Assembly: GCF_000150275.1 (NCBI RefSeq)
Contig: NW_002060966.1
Location: forward strand, 462,561 to 498,649
From: Trichoplax adhaerens
Lineage: Eukaryota; Animalia; Placozoa
Direction: 5' to 3'
Length of the DNA stretch: 36,089 bases
Every line of letters starts with the position of its first letter. Within the stretch, counting starts at the first letter, position 1. A program made the position numbers and the translations under genes. The notes beneath the pieces are model-generated. The model was not told where the DNA came from. It saw only the letters and a list, made by a program, of their open reading frames with translations, and ran no database searches. Shown here one piece after another: positions 21,403 through 34,416 of the stretch.

Positions 21403-24400
21403 TGTAACTTATTAAGGGTTAATAACTGCGTATAAAAGTAGCTGCTTTGATCAGATTTAGTATCGATGAAATAATGTTATTTACTATAAACATGTACATG
21501 CACAAAATTTATTGCAATATAGATTATATTATACTGTAGATTGTAGAATAGATCAATTTAATAACCGTAACTAATAATAGTGATAAGCATTTGACTTTAA
21601 ATTGTCTTTATAAGATAGTTAGTGGTAATAGGATTAATTTCCGTAATTAGTGCTTATAAAAATGAAGCCTCAAGCTATTCTAGATTGCATTTTGCTTTAA
21701 ATTGCTGAAATAAAGTGCGGGCCTTTGACTAGAGAACTTATTCAAGTCTCAATTATATTCCTGATTTTAGGCGATAGCAAGCAAAATTACCTAACTTTTC
21801 ATCAGATGTGGTATGGTACTACTAATTGTCCACCCGTCTATTGCTATTACTTCATTATTAAGATTTGAATTAAAAAGCTAAAGAAACGGGAATTAAAAAA
21901 ACTTATTAACTCAAATTTGCTTATTTAAAATCTTGATTAATCAATAATCAATAATTTAGCTACTTTTTCTTAGTATAAATTTCAAGAACTTGTACACGGG
22001 TGCAAGATCAGTACATTATTTAAAACGTTGATGATTACTCCTTAAATTAGATTAAGACACTAAATTACTGCCTAGTAGTACATATGACAGCTGAATTCAA
22101 GTAGAAATTTCTTAACTGTTGCTAGAAGAAAGATATCTTAGCAGAGAACATTATAGCATTCTTCTGTTAGAACTGATTCATTTGCATTTTTATCGGAAGT
22201 AGCAAATGATAAGAGCAGATAAAGTAGAATTGTCTTTTTATTTTAAACTATACTAATTTATACAGATTAGGATACCCGATTAGACAATTAATTAAATTTA
22301 TTAGAATAATTGCGTCATATTCTTCTCTCGTTATATAAGTACTTACTTATTATTCAGCGTTATTTACTGCAACACTTTAACATTAGGCTGTACTAAATTA
22401 ATCTACAGGCTAGCGAAGCAAAATAATCTATTTAAATCGTGACTATAATGATTAATCTGGTGGCCGAGCCGTTAAGAAGTTGAAATAATAGAATACTAGT
22501 AAAATGGCCTAATTTGAAATATTGCAAACTACTACAGAGATAGTCTATCGTGGTAAACTGGTAGGACTGGCTGGTATTCAGATTAATGAGAAAAAGTTAT
22601 TCATGCAATACAGTTGAAGCTTCAAGCTCATGGTCAATTTACAATCCAAGAAGTAGGAGAAAATGTTTTTGTTTTTAATTTTTAACACCTCATGTTATAA
22701 TCCTTCCATATACTGTAAGTAGTCAAAAGAATCTCTTTCTAGCTAGTACAATTTATTACGCACACTGACTTCGAGGAAAAGTTAATTTCTCCATTTGATC
22801 CTGAATATTGGAAATTCAAGTGATCTTAACGAGACAAATTCCAATCGATGGACCCAAAGCCGATAAGTTAAAGTGTCCTATCAAACTTTGTATCGAATAT
22901 AAATAGGATTTGTAAACAGATGTTGTGATATCCGATAATTATAGCATGAGTGCCAGCAATGTAATTCAAGATAATATTGTTGAACTATGAACACTAATAC
23001 TAATACTTTCGGTTGTATTTGTTATTCAATTAAAATGCGGAAATAAAATAACGAATTATTTTATGAAACAATAGAATTACTTCTACTAAAAAGGTTCCAA
23101 CGTTGGAAACCCATGGATAAGAGGATGCAGTATCATAAATATATATGTTATGGCCAATATCAGTAACAATATCTCTCTTAAACTATATAATAGTATCATA
23201 TACTGATATGAATAATTTAAAGTTATGATGCTCAATTAACTCTTTAGTCCTACATGGCGGCAATTGTCATTAGAGCGTTCGGTATTTTATTGTCTATTGG
23301 ATCATCCATATTTTAAGCGGTGCACACGTAGCAGTCGTCATATTACCAACAAACTAGGTAGCTTTTAATAATCCTGTTGGACAGTTAAATGTGTCCTGCG
23401 TAGGTTCGTGATATCAAAGATAAGCGAGAGCAGTCTCAAAATTTTTCACTTAATTCAAGATTAATTTGGTGAGTAGATATAATTAGCAGTGTATGTACTT
23501 GGATTAATATACGATATGATCAGAAGAAATATAGCAAGATTAGGTTAAATTAAAGCAACGTTAGAACGAAAACGAAATTTCTGTCTTACGCTAATCAATT
23601 TTTGCAGCTGTTAAATCAACGACCTAACAAGAAACCTTTTATTCGTAAAAATTATTATTCTTGTATAATTCATTAATCACATATTAGGTATTATTAAGTG
23701 TTATGGTACAATTGTATTTGTACTTATTCTGAAAACTAAAATACTATAGCATAAGAACTATCTTGCAATTAGAGAAACACCCATCCGGCAATTTTCAAGA
23801 TCGTTAGAGTTTTAAGAACCCGCATACGTCACAATATCGATGTAATTTACTAGAACCGTAGAATAGTTAAATATATTCCAAAATAAAATACCCAGATTAC
23901 TTTCTTTCTATTTCAATCTTTACAAATGAGAATGATTATTTACGTACGATGTCAGAAAATTTTGTTTTGTATAACTTAAAATTTTACGATAGGTAATGGT
24001 TATTACAAGTTTTCTTGAGGATGTATAAGCATACAGTGCTTTATTTGCTTATTATACTTATTGTCTGATAATTCGAATTTAAAAATGCTATAGCTGGTTA
24101 TAAAATGATAGGATATTTTCATAAAATAGTATATACTTCAAGGTGTGGTAATGTAATATTTAGAATCTGTTAAAATTGCTACGCTTGTAATACTTAATAT
24201 CCTATTTTATTTTGCTATGTAACATTATATACTCTCATTACGGACTACTTCCTGACTAGTTTACTAGTCTAACGTAAAACAATTACTTTGAGTTGCCTCT
24301 ACAGATTACTACCCTAATCTATCGAAATATCTAGTAAGAATATAGTACTGCAACTATAACGCTTAAAAAGTACCCTTCTAAAAGGCTCACAACCAGTAGA

Positions 24401-25035
24401 TAGACTATACTATAATCTACAAAATATTGACTATTTTTAGCCAAAATAACAATAATCAGGTTATCGATATTCTACTATCTTTACAGATAAAAAATACTTG
24501 ATTATCTATACTACGGTAGACCACTTACATTTTATTATGGTATAACAGTAGATACCTTAGTAATTTAGCGTCATATGTCTTGCCATCAACACTCAAAGTA
24601 AGCTATCTTTAAAGCATCTCTGCAAGTTTTCTTAATAGAATATTATTCATAAATAATATTGCTAACAATTTTTAGGAAATTTCTGAAATGTGTAATAGTG
24701 TCCTTATCACGATACCCGTACTACTGTGAGTAGAATAATGCTGCGATGTAGGTTATCATTTAATATAGAATTGTACAGCATATTCATTTTTGGATAAGAG
24801 TAAACGAATTAGTCAGACACCTAATAATATTTATAAGAAAGCTCAAAGGACAGATTATCTTCATATCATAGTTTACCTCAAGTTACATTCGTACGCTAAC
24901 AATTTGTAAAATAGCGCACTAAATTATACTAATTTATATCTAAAATAATAAGGCTAATTTAGTTTATTAGTGTAACATTGCATGTAAATAGATACTCTGT
25001 AGCTGCTCGCGAATCTAGTTAGAAGCTATAAATAA

Positions 25036-25045
25036 GGGGGGGGGG
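25036..25045. repeat. G10 homopolymer (GGGGGGGGGGAGG) inside an AT-rich intergenic region
   Basis: Direct reading. Confidence 0.9.
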
Positions 25046-25873
25046 AGGAAATGTTTTAATACAAAGTGTTCTAATTTTCATCTTAGTAAAGATTGGCAGT
25101 TGTGCTTAGTCGCCGTTGAAAGCAGTCTCTGTGTTATACTTGGGGTTGTAATAACAAAATAGTTTAAAAATCATCAATATAGAAATTACTTTTGCCCTTT
25201 CAGTAGAAAGTAAATGATGCCAATGATGATAAATTTCAACACATTAGATATTTATATTTTAAAATAATGATAAAATTTAGAATATTAACCCTTACGTGAC
25301 ATTAGGTTAGTTGTCTTTCTGTTATTCTTAACTGACTTTCATTTAAATCTTTACTACTAACTAAAATCATTCTTTTAGTGATTTCTAAACAAGTAAGACT
25401 TATCATTTATTTCAGATGGAGAATACAGGTATTTAAAAGTTTATTAATTAATTTAAAGGCATGCAGATCAATAATTATCACATTTACTTTATAAATAATT
25501 TTTGATAATATATTTCAAGAGGTTAGAGTTAACCTATCATTTTAAATCTATGATGCAGCATTAGTTGCAACTGTCAAGACATCATGATTACTGCAAGTCG
25601 CTAACTGTAACTTATTCCATTGTGTACAGACTACCACATACATCATAAAAAGCAAGGAGAGCCTAAATTTTTAAAGCAAGGTTTGATTTCAGGCAGAATT
25701 ACTTAAAAATTTAGCAAAATATTTGTGCTTCTCTCGCTTAATGCATACTGACGTTACGATAAAGACTAAAATATTGTTTATATAAAGGAATTAAGTAGAA
25801 ATAAACTGTTATCAGTGTAGTAACGAAATACGTTCTATTGCAACCAGTGTCATTCAAAAAACCTGATATGATG

Positions 25874-26361
25874 TACTGGATTCGTAAATTAGATTCAATT
25901 TGAACGCATATTAGGATGTAAAATTTTTAGTAGTCTTGGTTTAACATTTGAATTTTAAGAATTTTACCTCTGTCGCGCATTTATAATGTTATTTGCAATC
26001 TGCATAATGCAGTACATAATGATGCCAACAGTAAAAGTTGTCGTAGTGTGAACTTCCTATTCAGATTATTTAAATGTATTATTTAGATGCCAGACCTTAT
26101 TTGAAAAATACTACAGAAGAAATTGGAACAAATTGGAAATAATTAGCTACGAAGCTGGGCTATGACTGGACCGCGGTCCAGAAATTTGAAAAAAATAATC
26201 CGTTCAGCGTTGACGATCAATGCTTTGCAATGCTCGATAAACGCTACAAAGATGGCAAATCTCAAGTTACAGTAGAAATTCTAAAGGAAAAACTTGTTGA
26301 ATGCGGTCTTCGTTCAGTTGCAGAGAAGCTTTATTCAGAAGTAAATAAAACTAGTAACTAG
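25874..26361 (+). repeat. Duplicated ~480-bp block (copy 2) containing a death-domain terminal exon
   Basis: Paralogous to 20922-21402 across both the intron-like upstream part and the exon. Confidence 0.7.
26147..26361 (+). CDS. Death-domain-encoding terminal exon, copy 2 (ATKLGYDWTAVQKFEKNNPFSVDDQCFAMLDKRYKDGKSQVTVEILKEKLVECGLRSVAEKLYSEVNKTSN*). Parent gene model incomplete
   Basis: Clean DD pattern. Phase-1 acceptor aattag| at 26146, the same phase as copy 1. Stop TAG at 26359-26361. Confidence 0.65.
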
Positions 26362-29111
26362 AATTTAATTTGTAAACTAGCTCTTATATTTTGCTATGAA
26401 TTTGGTTTTCGCTTGGTTATGTTGCACCCTGTCTCTTGTTAATTAATAATTTGGGTCTTTATTTGACTTTGCTAGTAATAAATATAATTTACCTCGTAGA
26501 AAGTTAGAGTGGATTTCAGTGTTATAGCTCTCATAATAAATGAACGTATGCATGAAAATGCTATCACCATCAGAAACTAGTTTTGATTCCTTCAATTCGA
26601 TAAAGAAATCAATTTGAATTATTAACATAAATATGAGAATTACAAAATCGTGAAGTATTTATAGTATATTGCATGGACTATTGGTATAGTTAAGCCTAAA
26701 ATAGGCTGCAACTTTGCGTAATACAATTATAGCTGGATGTGGCACATCTGGAGTTAGGGTAAGGATAGACTTCACCTATTTATCTTTTCGTGTGCAATGT
26801 TTAATAATATGTCGTTGATCGGGACTGTAAGCTAAACATTTGACTGTTAGAACAACATTATGATTCAAGGTCAGAAAGTGAACTAATAATGCTTTCATTC
26901 ATCTATCTAGCAAATCTATCTCGTAGCATGCTACTATTATAATTAAAGATGTATTTCTAATGTGTTTGCTACTGTACTGAACTAATTCTACTTCTCAATC
27001 TTAACCATAAAATACTTTCGCTCTTATATTTGGTAACATTAATTACCAATATTCGAAATGATGCATAGACTTCGATAAAATTGATAGCAGAATAAACCGT
27101 AATTCAATACGAGAAATGCTTATTACTGTAATTACTTATAGTCTGAATGAAGTATTGGTGCGAGTTAATGAACTCCCAAACTTTATGTAGCCATAATCTT
27201 TCGTAAAAAACGCATGGAGTCTTACAGATGTCAATGAAAGGCGAATTCTAAGTCTTTCTCAGACATTTTTTTAAATAAAAATTTTTAAACGCCATAGTTT
27301 AGATATTACGATACAAGTTATTTGAGTTCTAAAATGTTTCAATTGCTATTTTTACTTAAAGAGATGTTTAAAAATGACATACTAGAAACGCTGAAGACAA
27401 CAATAACGACCATTAATATCATAACTACTTATTCCATATAACTATATCTTACATGATAGCCACCAAATCCAATTCGATCCACAATAATTATCCTAAGAGA
27501 TAGATAAACCGCGTAATTGTTCACGATCTAACATTTAAAAAGTTCCTTGCCTTATAATTGGAAAATCCTGAACATTTTGAATATTACCTCAATAAATAAT
27601 TGGATACATAAATCCTCTACTAATTAGTTTCAATTACCTTAAATTTAGCCGAGAAATACATAACTATTTCGCAATATCACAAGGCATTGCAGATTTTGGT
27701 AAAAGGATTATCGGGGTTCGTACTGGCTGCGACTAATTTTAGTAATTTATCGGCTTTGCTAAGATAAAATATAAAATAGCAACGTAAGCTTAGATAATTA
27801 ATAAATTTATTCATAATATTTACAATCTATTAAAAGCAACATTTGCTCGCACGTTCATATTACTATATTAAGTAAACCCTTTTAGTATTTAACTTCGTTG
27901 CTTAACATCAGCTCACATTCTTGCGTTATTAAGCATGCTAAAAGTTAAGCGTAATTATTTCCAGAAATCACTCTGCAATGGCTATCTTCAGACAGCAAAA
28001 TAGAGCGAAATAGGTGTCAATAGACTATTAGCAAACTAACCTTTCTGCAATTTATAGAAGGAATTAATCTACTGACAAAGAAAGAGAGATCTGCTACTAA
28101 TAAGATATAAATTATACAGTGATATATCTCGATAACGTAGAGAATGGAAACTAAGGATCACGTCAGACGAGATTGCATTGGAATATTCACGCTCTGATAA
28201 ATCAAGTACATCAAGTCTAGAAAAGAGTACTGTGAAATTATATTATCCGTCTAACAGATTTACTAAATACTTTAGTAAATGATGATTGGATACTTATCGG
28301 TACCAAGTAATTGTTATACTTTATTCACATTGTATCAATTGAAGTATATCTGCATAATTAGAAATATAACGTACTTTTATTGAAATAGAAGAATAAATCA
28401 TCTATTGTAGTTACAATTAATTACATTATTATTATTATCATCCATGGACTTCTACCTGTTATTAATTAGTGAGCAAAAAGAATAGTTACAGTTTCCAATC
28501 GTGATATATAATACCGTTCTCAAAACACGTGATGTGAAAGAATCCAACTGTTGCACTGATAAGTATATTTACGGCCTAAAGTTGATAGTTTATCTAGTAG
28601 AAAAGATTCCGATAATAACAAGTCTAGACCATTGTAATAGACCTACTGCTACTTCGTTAGGTTGGTAGTTTAACGATCTTCCGGTCGTAGACAAACTTCG
28701 ATTCTTAAATAGCGTAGAAACGCCTAACTTTAAAGAATAGTTAACAAACCTTAAGTTACTAGCACATTTGGGCATAGTCTAGAAGCTGTCAGTCCCAGCT
28801 CTCAGAACGTGGTATAAGAGTGAATACTATACCGGTACTTTACTGTTTCATTATCAGCTACGGCCACTAACATAAAATATTTTGCGCAAACCATTACAAC
28901 CATAAAATGATCATTGGTCTTCGAAATCATAGAAAAACGAATAATAACGTTACACAATCCAAGGTAGTCAAGTAAGACGAAGAGTAACAGAGTATACTCG
29001 CACTGCTCTTTGAGGCTCTTTTATTGTTAGAATTAGAGATAGAAGAAATGGTGAAGATTTAAAACATGGAAAGATAATTTCATTGTTTCATTTAGTGAAA
29101 AGTCGTTGGAT

Positions 29112-30131
29112 ATGGCAAGTACAAATAAAATTGATAGCCTTACGCCTTGTGATAGCCAATCTAAGGAGAAAAAATCCATCATGGAGGACCTTAGAAACTT
29201 AATTACGACTGGTGGAAATGAACAGCAACAAAACAACTACGAACAGGCTTTAATAACCTATAACGAAGCTTTAGATCGAATTAATTTCGTAACGATGGTC
29301 GAAGACAAGGACGAGAATGAATATTATCATGGTCTTTATTTAGAAATCTATCGAGAAATGGTTAAAATTTACAAGAAACTACTTCGTTATGAAGATATCC
29401 TGTGGATTTATCAAAAAATGTTAAAAGTGCAAATTGAAGTATCCGGAGAAAAAAGTCAAGATGTAGCTAAAATCTATGAAAAGATTGCGTATGGTTATGA
29501 TAGTCTCAATCAAACCCATAAAGCTATTGCCATGTTTGAGAAACATCTACATATTAAATTAGAATTATATGGCGAAAATAGCCATGAAGCTGCTGATGCT
29601 TATTTTGATGTTGGATTAGAGTATGAGCGCCAATCACATCATTATAAAAGTTTGTCTATGCTTAAAAAATCATTACGGATTAAAATAAACCTTCTTGGAG
29701 GGGAGCACTACGATCTTGCCAGTATCTATAGTATGATTGGCGATATATATACTGATCAAGATAAATTTAAGGAAGCAATCGCCATGTACGAAGTCTGTTT
29801 AACTCTTGAAGTACGTCAATATGGAGATAACCATCTTTGTATTTCAAATCGTTATAACTCTATTGCATGGGCTTATCAATGCCAAGACCGATACAATGAT
29901 GCATTGGGCTTGTATCAGAAATCATTAAATATAGTTGTTGAATTATTTGACGAAAATGATGATCATATCCTCGAAATCCAAGAGCAAATTGCTTTAATCT
30001 CTAAAGAACAACATCAGCAAAAAAATTCTAAATTGATACCACAAGATAATCTTCAGAGCAATGAAGATGCCGCAACAGTAAATGAAATTATAATCAAGGA
30101 AGGTGATCAATCAGTAGGTAATGCTCATTAG
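29112..30131 (+). CDS. Single-exon TPR-repeat protein (TPR_12 / kinesin-light-chain-like repeats), 339 aa
   Basis: ORF-track entry 29106-30131. First in-frame ATG at 29112, with an upstream in-frame stop at 29052. It carries four to five 42-residue repeats with the A..Y..iG..Y..q.ky.eAi..ye..L.I pattern: VAKIYEKIAYGYDSLNQTHKAIAMFEKHLHIKLELYGENSHEAADAYFDVGLEYERQ, ASIYSMIGDIYTDQDKFKEAIAMYEVCLTLEVRQYGDNHLCISNRYNSIAWAYQCQDRYNDALGLYQKSLNI. Confidence 0.8.
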   Translation: MASTNKIDSLTPCDSQSKEKKSIMEDLRNLITTGGNEQQQNNYEQALITYNEALDRINFVTMVEDKDENEYYHGLYLEIYREMVKIYKKLLRYEDILWIYQKMLKVQIEVSGEKSQDVAKIYEKIAYGYDSLNQTHKAIAMFEKHLHIKLELYGENSHEAADAYFDVGLEYERQSHHYKSLSMLKKSLRIKINLLGGEHYDLASIYSMIGDIYTDQDKFKEAIAMYEVCLTLEVRQYGDNHLCISNRYNSIAWAYQCQDRYNDALGLYQKSLNIVVELFDENDDHILEIQEQIALISKEQHQQKNSKLIPQDNLQSNEDAATVNEIIIKEGDQSVGNAH

Positions 30132-31011
30132 CCAAAAAAAATATTCATTTAGTCTTATCTTATCGATTTTATTTATACCAATTCTTAGCCGATTTAGAAT
30201 TTATAAATATATATTCCTTACTATAGTTACCTGTTCTTGAAATTTCGTTATTGGTTTCGGTTCTATCTCACTTTAATTGCGGTTATCACGATATCAGAGG
30301 CGATTCTTAATGTAAATTTAATCCAATTGAGATTAGGTATATAAATCAGTTCTGATAAAGCACCGATGATAATTATGAATTTAACATAACGCTAATTAAT
30401 CATAGTTACAAAATCTATTCACTAGCTCTATTAATGGCTACGATATTTCTTGAATGAAGCACTTGAAATTGTCGTATTACAGTCAAATCAATCATTTTGA
30501 CTATAAAATCATACACATTAAACAAGAAAAAATTAGCCAATCATAAAATTGCTACATAATGTTTGGTAAGCTTTAAATTGCAGTATAATCAGCTTGATTT
30601 AAATTAGTTTTCGTTTACTACTGTCTCGCTTATGATTGGAGTAATTCCAGCTATCATGCGCTGTAATCTAATGTGAAGTCAACTTCTTATTCTAAATGGG
30701 TAGTTTCTACAGTACAGTAGTTAATACGGTTGAAATTTCACTTGCCAGATAGCGAATGGGGCGCTGCTCATGCTTACAAAGTTTGAGAAGTTTGATTTTT
30801 AAATGAAATTGATATCGTCAAATTTTCTGAATCATCAGCACTAATTAAACTAGTAGAATTTCAATTCTATCATTTACTTGTATTTCTACAGCCATTAGCT
30901 TGTGTATATGATAGTGAAATAAAAATTGACTAAGTGCTAGTAAATAGATACGCGTATTCTGTATATAAAATTATCGCTGAAATACTAACAACTAAACCAA
31001 ATTTGATGTAG

Positions 31012-31128
31012 TTTATAATTTGGAAAAAGAAGAAAGTACAAATGATGGTCGTTATGAAAGCCCAGTGGCTAAAAATGTACCTTTTAATTCTTTTAAAGCT
31101 AAAATTAATCCAGCCGAAAAGCAAGCCG
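31012..31128 (+). CDS. IDR-ZU5 gene, upstream coding exon fragment (..YNLEKEESTNDGRYESPVAKNVPFNSFKAKINPAEKQAG)
   Basis: Part of ORF-track entry 31020-31220. The frame has no in-frame ATG, so the 5' boundary (acceptor near 31011) is uncertain. The phase-1 donor g|GTAAGA at 31129 matches the acceptor at 31288. Confidence 0.4.
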
Positions 31129-31288
31129 GTAAGATATTTCATGTCTCTAGTTTGGATCTACCAGTGTTCCAAGGTAATACTGACCGAATTATCAATATAG
31201 TTTGCAGTGCCATGATGTAGGTTATTACATTATTATTTTTCCTAGTATTAGAGAAAATTTGCATAACCTATATTCATATTCCTAATAG

Positions 31289-34068
31289 GGAAAAATATTC
31301 TTACAAGATCGAGTCATTTATTACCTGAAGATGATCATAGTATGAATGACAACCGATTACAAAAGGCGACTAGCTTACAGGATAACGTACCAAATCCTAA
31401 TAAGCAACCAAATAAATTAAAGAAAGTTAATATTATCAATTCAAGGATTTATATTGTTGACGAGTTACAGGAAAAAATATCGAAAGGAGGCCTGAATCGC
31501 TCCGAAGAGAATGAGAGCAACTCTAGCTTACCAACTAGTAAATCGGATTCCGAAATTAGCACTAAAATTTTAATACCCGAAAGTAATTATGACACTCCAG
31601 GGCAAAATAAGTCTATTAGCGTAATAGATCCCAAGTACGATAATTCAGTATTTGATAGCATTGTTAAAACTGAATTCAAAGACTTGGAGAAATCTGAAAC
31701 TAAGCTGTTTTTACCTGAGAACAGACCCTATCCGCCGATCAGACAGCCTCGCCGTAAGATGAACAGTCATCCAGCAAGTACTAATTTAACTACTAATACA
31801 ATAAACCTATCTAGTCACAGCGATGATAGGCATTCAATAGCTGTAAATTTCAGTGAAGTAAGGAGTCAATCATGCATTGAAGAACTACAAAATGATAGTA
31901 ATCAGTCTATGAAAAAATCATCAAGCTGTCCAAACACAAGTATGAATAAGAGTCCTACTAGTCAGAAGAAATCCAAATTTAAACCAGACGATTTTTGGCT
32001 TAGTAGAAACCTCGCTACATCGAATGAAGATAGCGTAGCAAAGTCTAGGAATAATACTATGAATAAGTCTCCAACGGAGAATAAATTTAATAATAGATTA
32101 AATCTAGAGCAGCAAAATAATTATCAAAATGTCAACACATACAATCAATCAAATCTTAAACCTAGCCAAATTCGTGGAAAGGCCTCACAGCAGAGTGACC
32201 CTGAAAGTTCTTCTCATGATAACATTCAGCAATTAAATGGGAAAAACACATTGTCTAATAGCCAAAGTAATCGATCTCCCAGTAAAACATGGCAAGCTAG
32301 CAAGAGTAATCAGATCATCGAAACTACAAGCAAAAATGACTGGAGCCATCCATTACAAAAGGAAATTACTAATCCATCATCTACTAAGAAGAAAGTCGTT
32401 AGTACTCAGTCTAAGCTAGATAACCGATCTTTAATAAGCAACCCATCGAACGAAGAGAAGTCCGTTTCGATTGAATTACCTGTTCTAGACTACACTAAGT
32501 ATTCTCAGGAAATCAAATCCAAGCGGAATAATAGCTCTGGACGCCAACATGATAGCAATACTTTGATGAAGCACAAATTCCAAGCATCTTCAACAAATAA
32601 TGACACGTTTGATAAGAATAGACATCAGCAGAAAAATAATGTGAAATTTAGAAAGGGTTCGACATCAAGCAGTACTGAATTTCCAGATGAAGGTATTATT
32701 TGGCAGAAAAATACGAACAAGATTTCGTCAGAAAAGAAAGCGCAATGTGCTAGTCCTGAATCTCCTAATGAAGTTCAATCCAAACATAAAATAAAGCTAA
32801 CGTCAGGCATTAAATCTAATGAAACAGACTTTAAAGTTCAAGTAGAAAGCAACCAACAGCAACAAGATTATAAATCATTCAATTCTGTAAATAGATGTAA
32901 ATCAAATAGCTCATCATTTCAGAACGATGGCGGACCAATTCCTAAAAGTAATACAGGAATCTTGTCTACCGACTTAAAGCAAAAAGATAGTGCTAAACCA
33001 ACCTCAGCGAACCACTCGAAATTAATTAATTCTAGAATAGGAAATGATGGTAAACCTATAATTAAAAGTAAACCTAAATTGGGTCCTGGCGCCAATTCAG
33101 TAATGCGAAATAAAGGTAGCAGTTTATTTCCTAAAGATTCTTTCAAATCAACTCATACTGAGCCTAGCCAAAGCAACGAGAGGCCAACTGAAAATAATTC
33201 CAAATCTTCAGTGAATAATGATGGTCATGATTCATGGCCCCGAAATACGTACCTATCCAGATCAAGGAGTTCTGATGTTGTCCACCTAGATAAATATTCG
33301 TCTGATGATATAATCAAGCTTACTTCTAGTTCTCCCCAGCAGAAACTAAATTTTTATATAAGCGAATCAGAAGCGAACCTTTCCGTGACGGGAGATGTTT
33401 GTAAATTGGATGATAAATCGGAGACCTCACCACAGGACGACGTTAATATCGTAATAAATCAAAGTAAAAATCGCAGAATGCATCATACTATTCAGATTAC
33501 GAAAAAATACTCAAAGCAAGAACAACTTGATCAAGTGAGTAAGGTAAATTCTGATGTACCTAAAGGAATTAAAATACAAGATAATTTTTGCGACCCTTCG
33601 ACTCTGGTATCAACCGTTGCAGCGAATAAAAGTCGCGACCAAAACCGTAAAGAACTTACGCGTATGCCAGAAAATCAGCTAAGAGAAAGACAAAATATGG
33701 GAAACGAAATTCCAGCCCATCAATTCAAGCAAGTGAATTTACAAGAAAATAAGAATGCACAACAATCCAAGGCTCAATTTGGCAGCAATCAGGACCATTC
33801 TCAGCAAAATCAACTACCAAATCAATTCAATGATAAAGAATCTTTAGGCTGGCAAAATACGAACCATAACTATACTCCTGAATACCGGTCTGTTGAAATG
33901 CAACAGTTTGACATACAGCATGCTCAAAATTCTAAAACGATGTCTCATAAAGCCTCTATTACTGGCAAGAAAGGAAGTGCATATTCTAATTCCCAAGTTC
34001 GCTCATTCAGTGCTAAAAATAATTACCATGGACAAAATAACAATAATGGGGATCAAGCCGAATTTCTA
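31289..34068 (+). CDS. IDR-ZU5 gene, 2.8-kb exon encoding a ~930-aa low-complexity S/N/Q/K/T-rich disordered region
   Basis: ORF-track entry 31342-34185, extended upstream in frame to the acceptor cctaatag| at 31288 and trimmed at the proposed donor cta|GTTAGT at 34069. Strongly hydrophilic composition throughout. Confidence 0.65.
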
Positions 34069-34154
34069 GTTAGTAGGCAATTAAATCAATCGAAATTAGA
34101 AGGTCAGTATAACTATTATAAAATGATAGTAGCATTTCCTACAAAATACAACAG

Positions 34155-34416
34155 CAATATACTGATTGTAATGATCATGTTCTAGACACTAAGGATAAGC
34201 CCGTAATTAAAAAGAGCATCAGTGTCCAGAATGAGCATAGCGGAAAATCAGGTAATAATTCATCTAAAGCTCAACAAGATGTTACTGGGCAAGAAAAGAA
34301 TATTAATAATGACATCAATCGTTCGCGTAATATTTTGATAACTGACACAGATACACAAATAGTAGCATATAGGCCAGAATTACCACAAAAAATGCAAGTA
34401 ATAGCATCATCTCCAG
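34155..34416 (+). CDS. IDR-ZU5 gene, 87-codon exon (QYTDCNDHVLDTKDKPVIKKSISVQNEHSGKSGNNSSKAQQDVTGQEKNINNDINRSRNILITDTDTQIVAYRPELPQKMQVIASSP)
   Basis: Open frame of 87 codons with the same composition as the big exon. Acceptor tacaacag| at 34154 and donor g|GTAAGT at 34417. The phase-1 end matches the ZU5 exon start. Confidence 0.55.

Noticed and set aside
26443-26628. Minus-strand 61-aa ORF just downstream of DD copy 2
   Set aside because: There is no supporting signal. It is probably a chance ORF in the 3' flank.
28590-28775. Minus-strand 61-aa ORF in a slightly GC-richer patch
   Set aside because: The strand and frame are not supported by splice sites or homology. The patch was also checked for snRNA/5S-like sequence, but similarity to the 5S rRNA 5' end (ctacggccac) is limited to about 10 nt.
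29033-29236. Minus-strand 67-aa ORF overlapping the TPR gene start
   Set aside because: It is antisense to a well-supported TPR CDS.
30930-31142. Minus-strand 70-aa ORF overlapping the IDR-ZU5 upstream exon
   Set aside because: It is a hydrophobic chance ORF antisense to a + strand exon with a phase-matched GTAAGA donor.
32237-33146. Nested ORFs 32237-32419 (+) and 32919-33146 (-) inside the big IDR exon
   Set aside because: They are alternative-frame and antisense ORFs within a 2.8-kb continuous coding exon.
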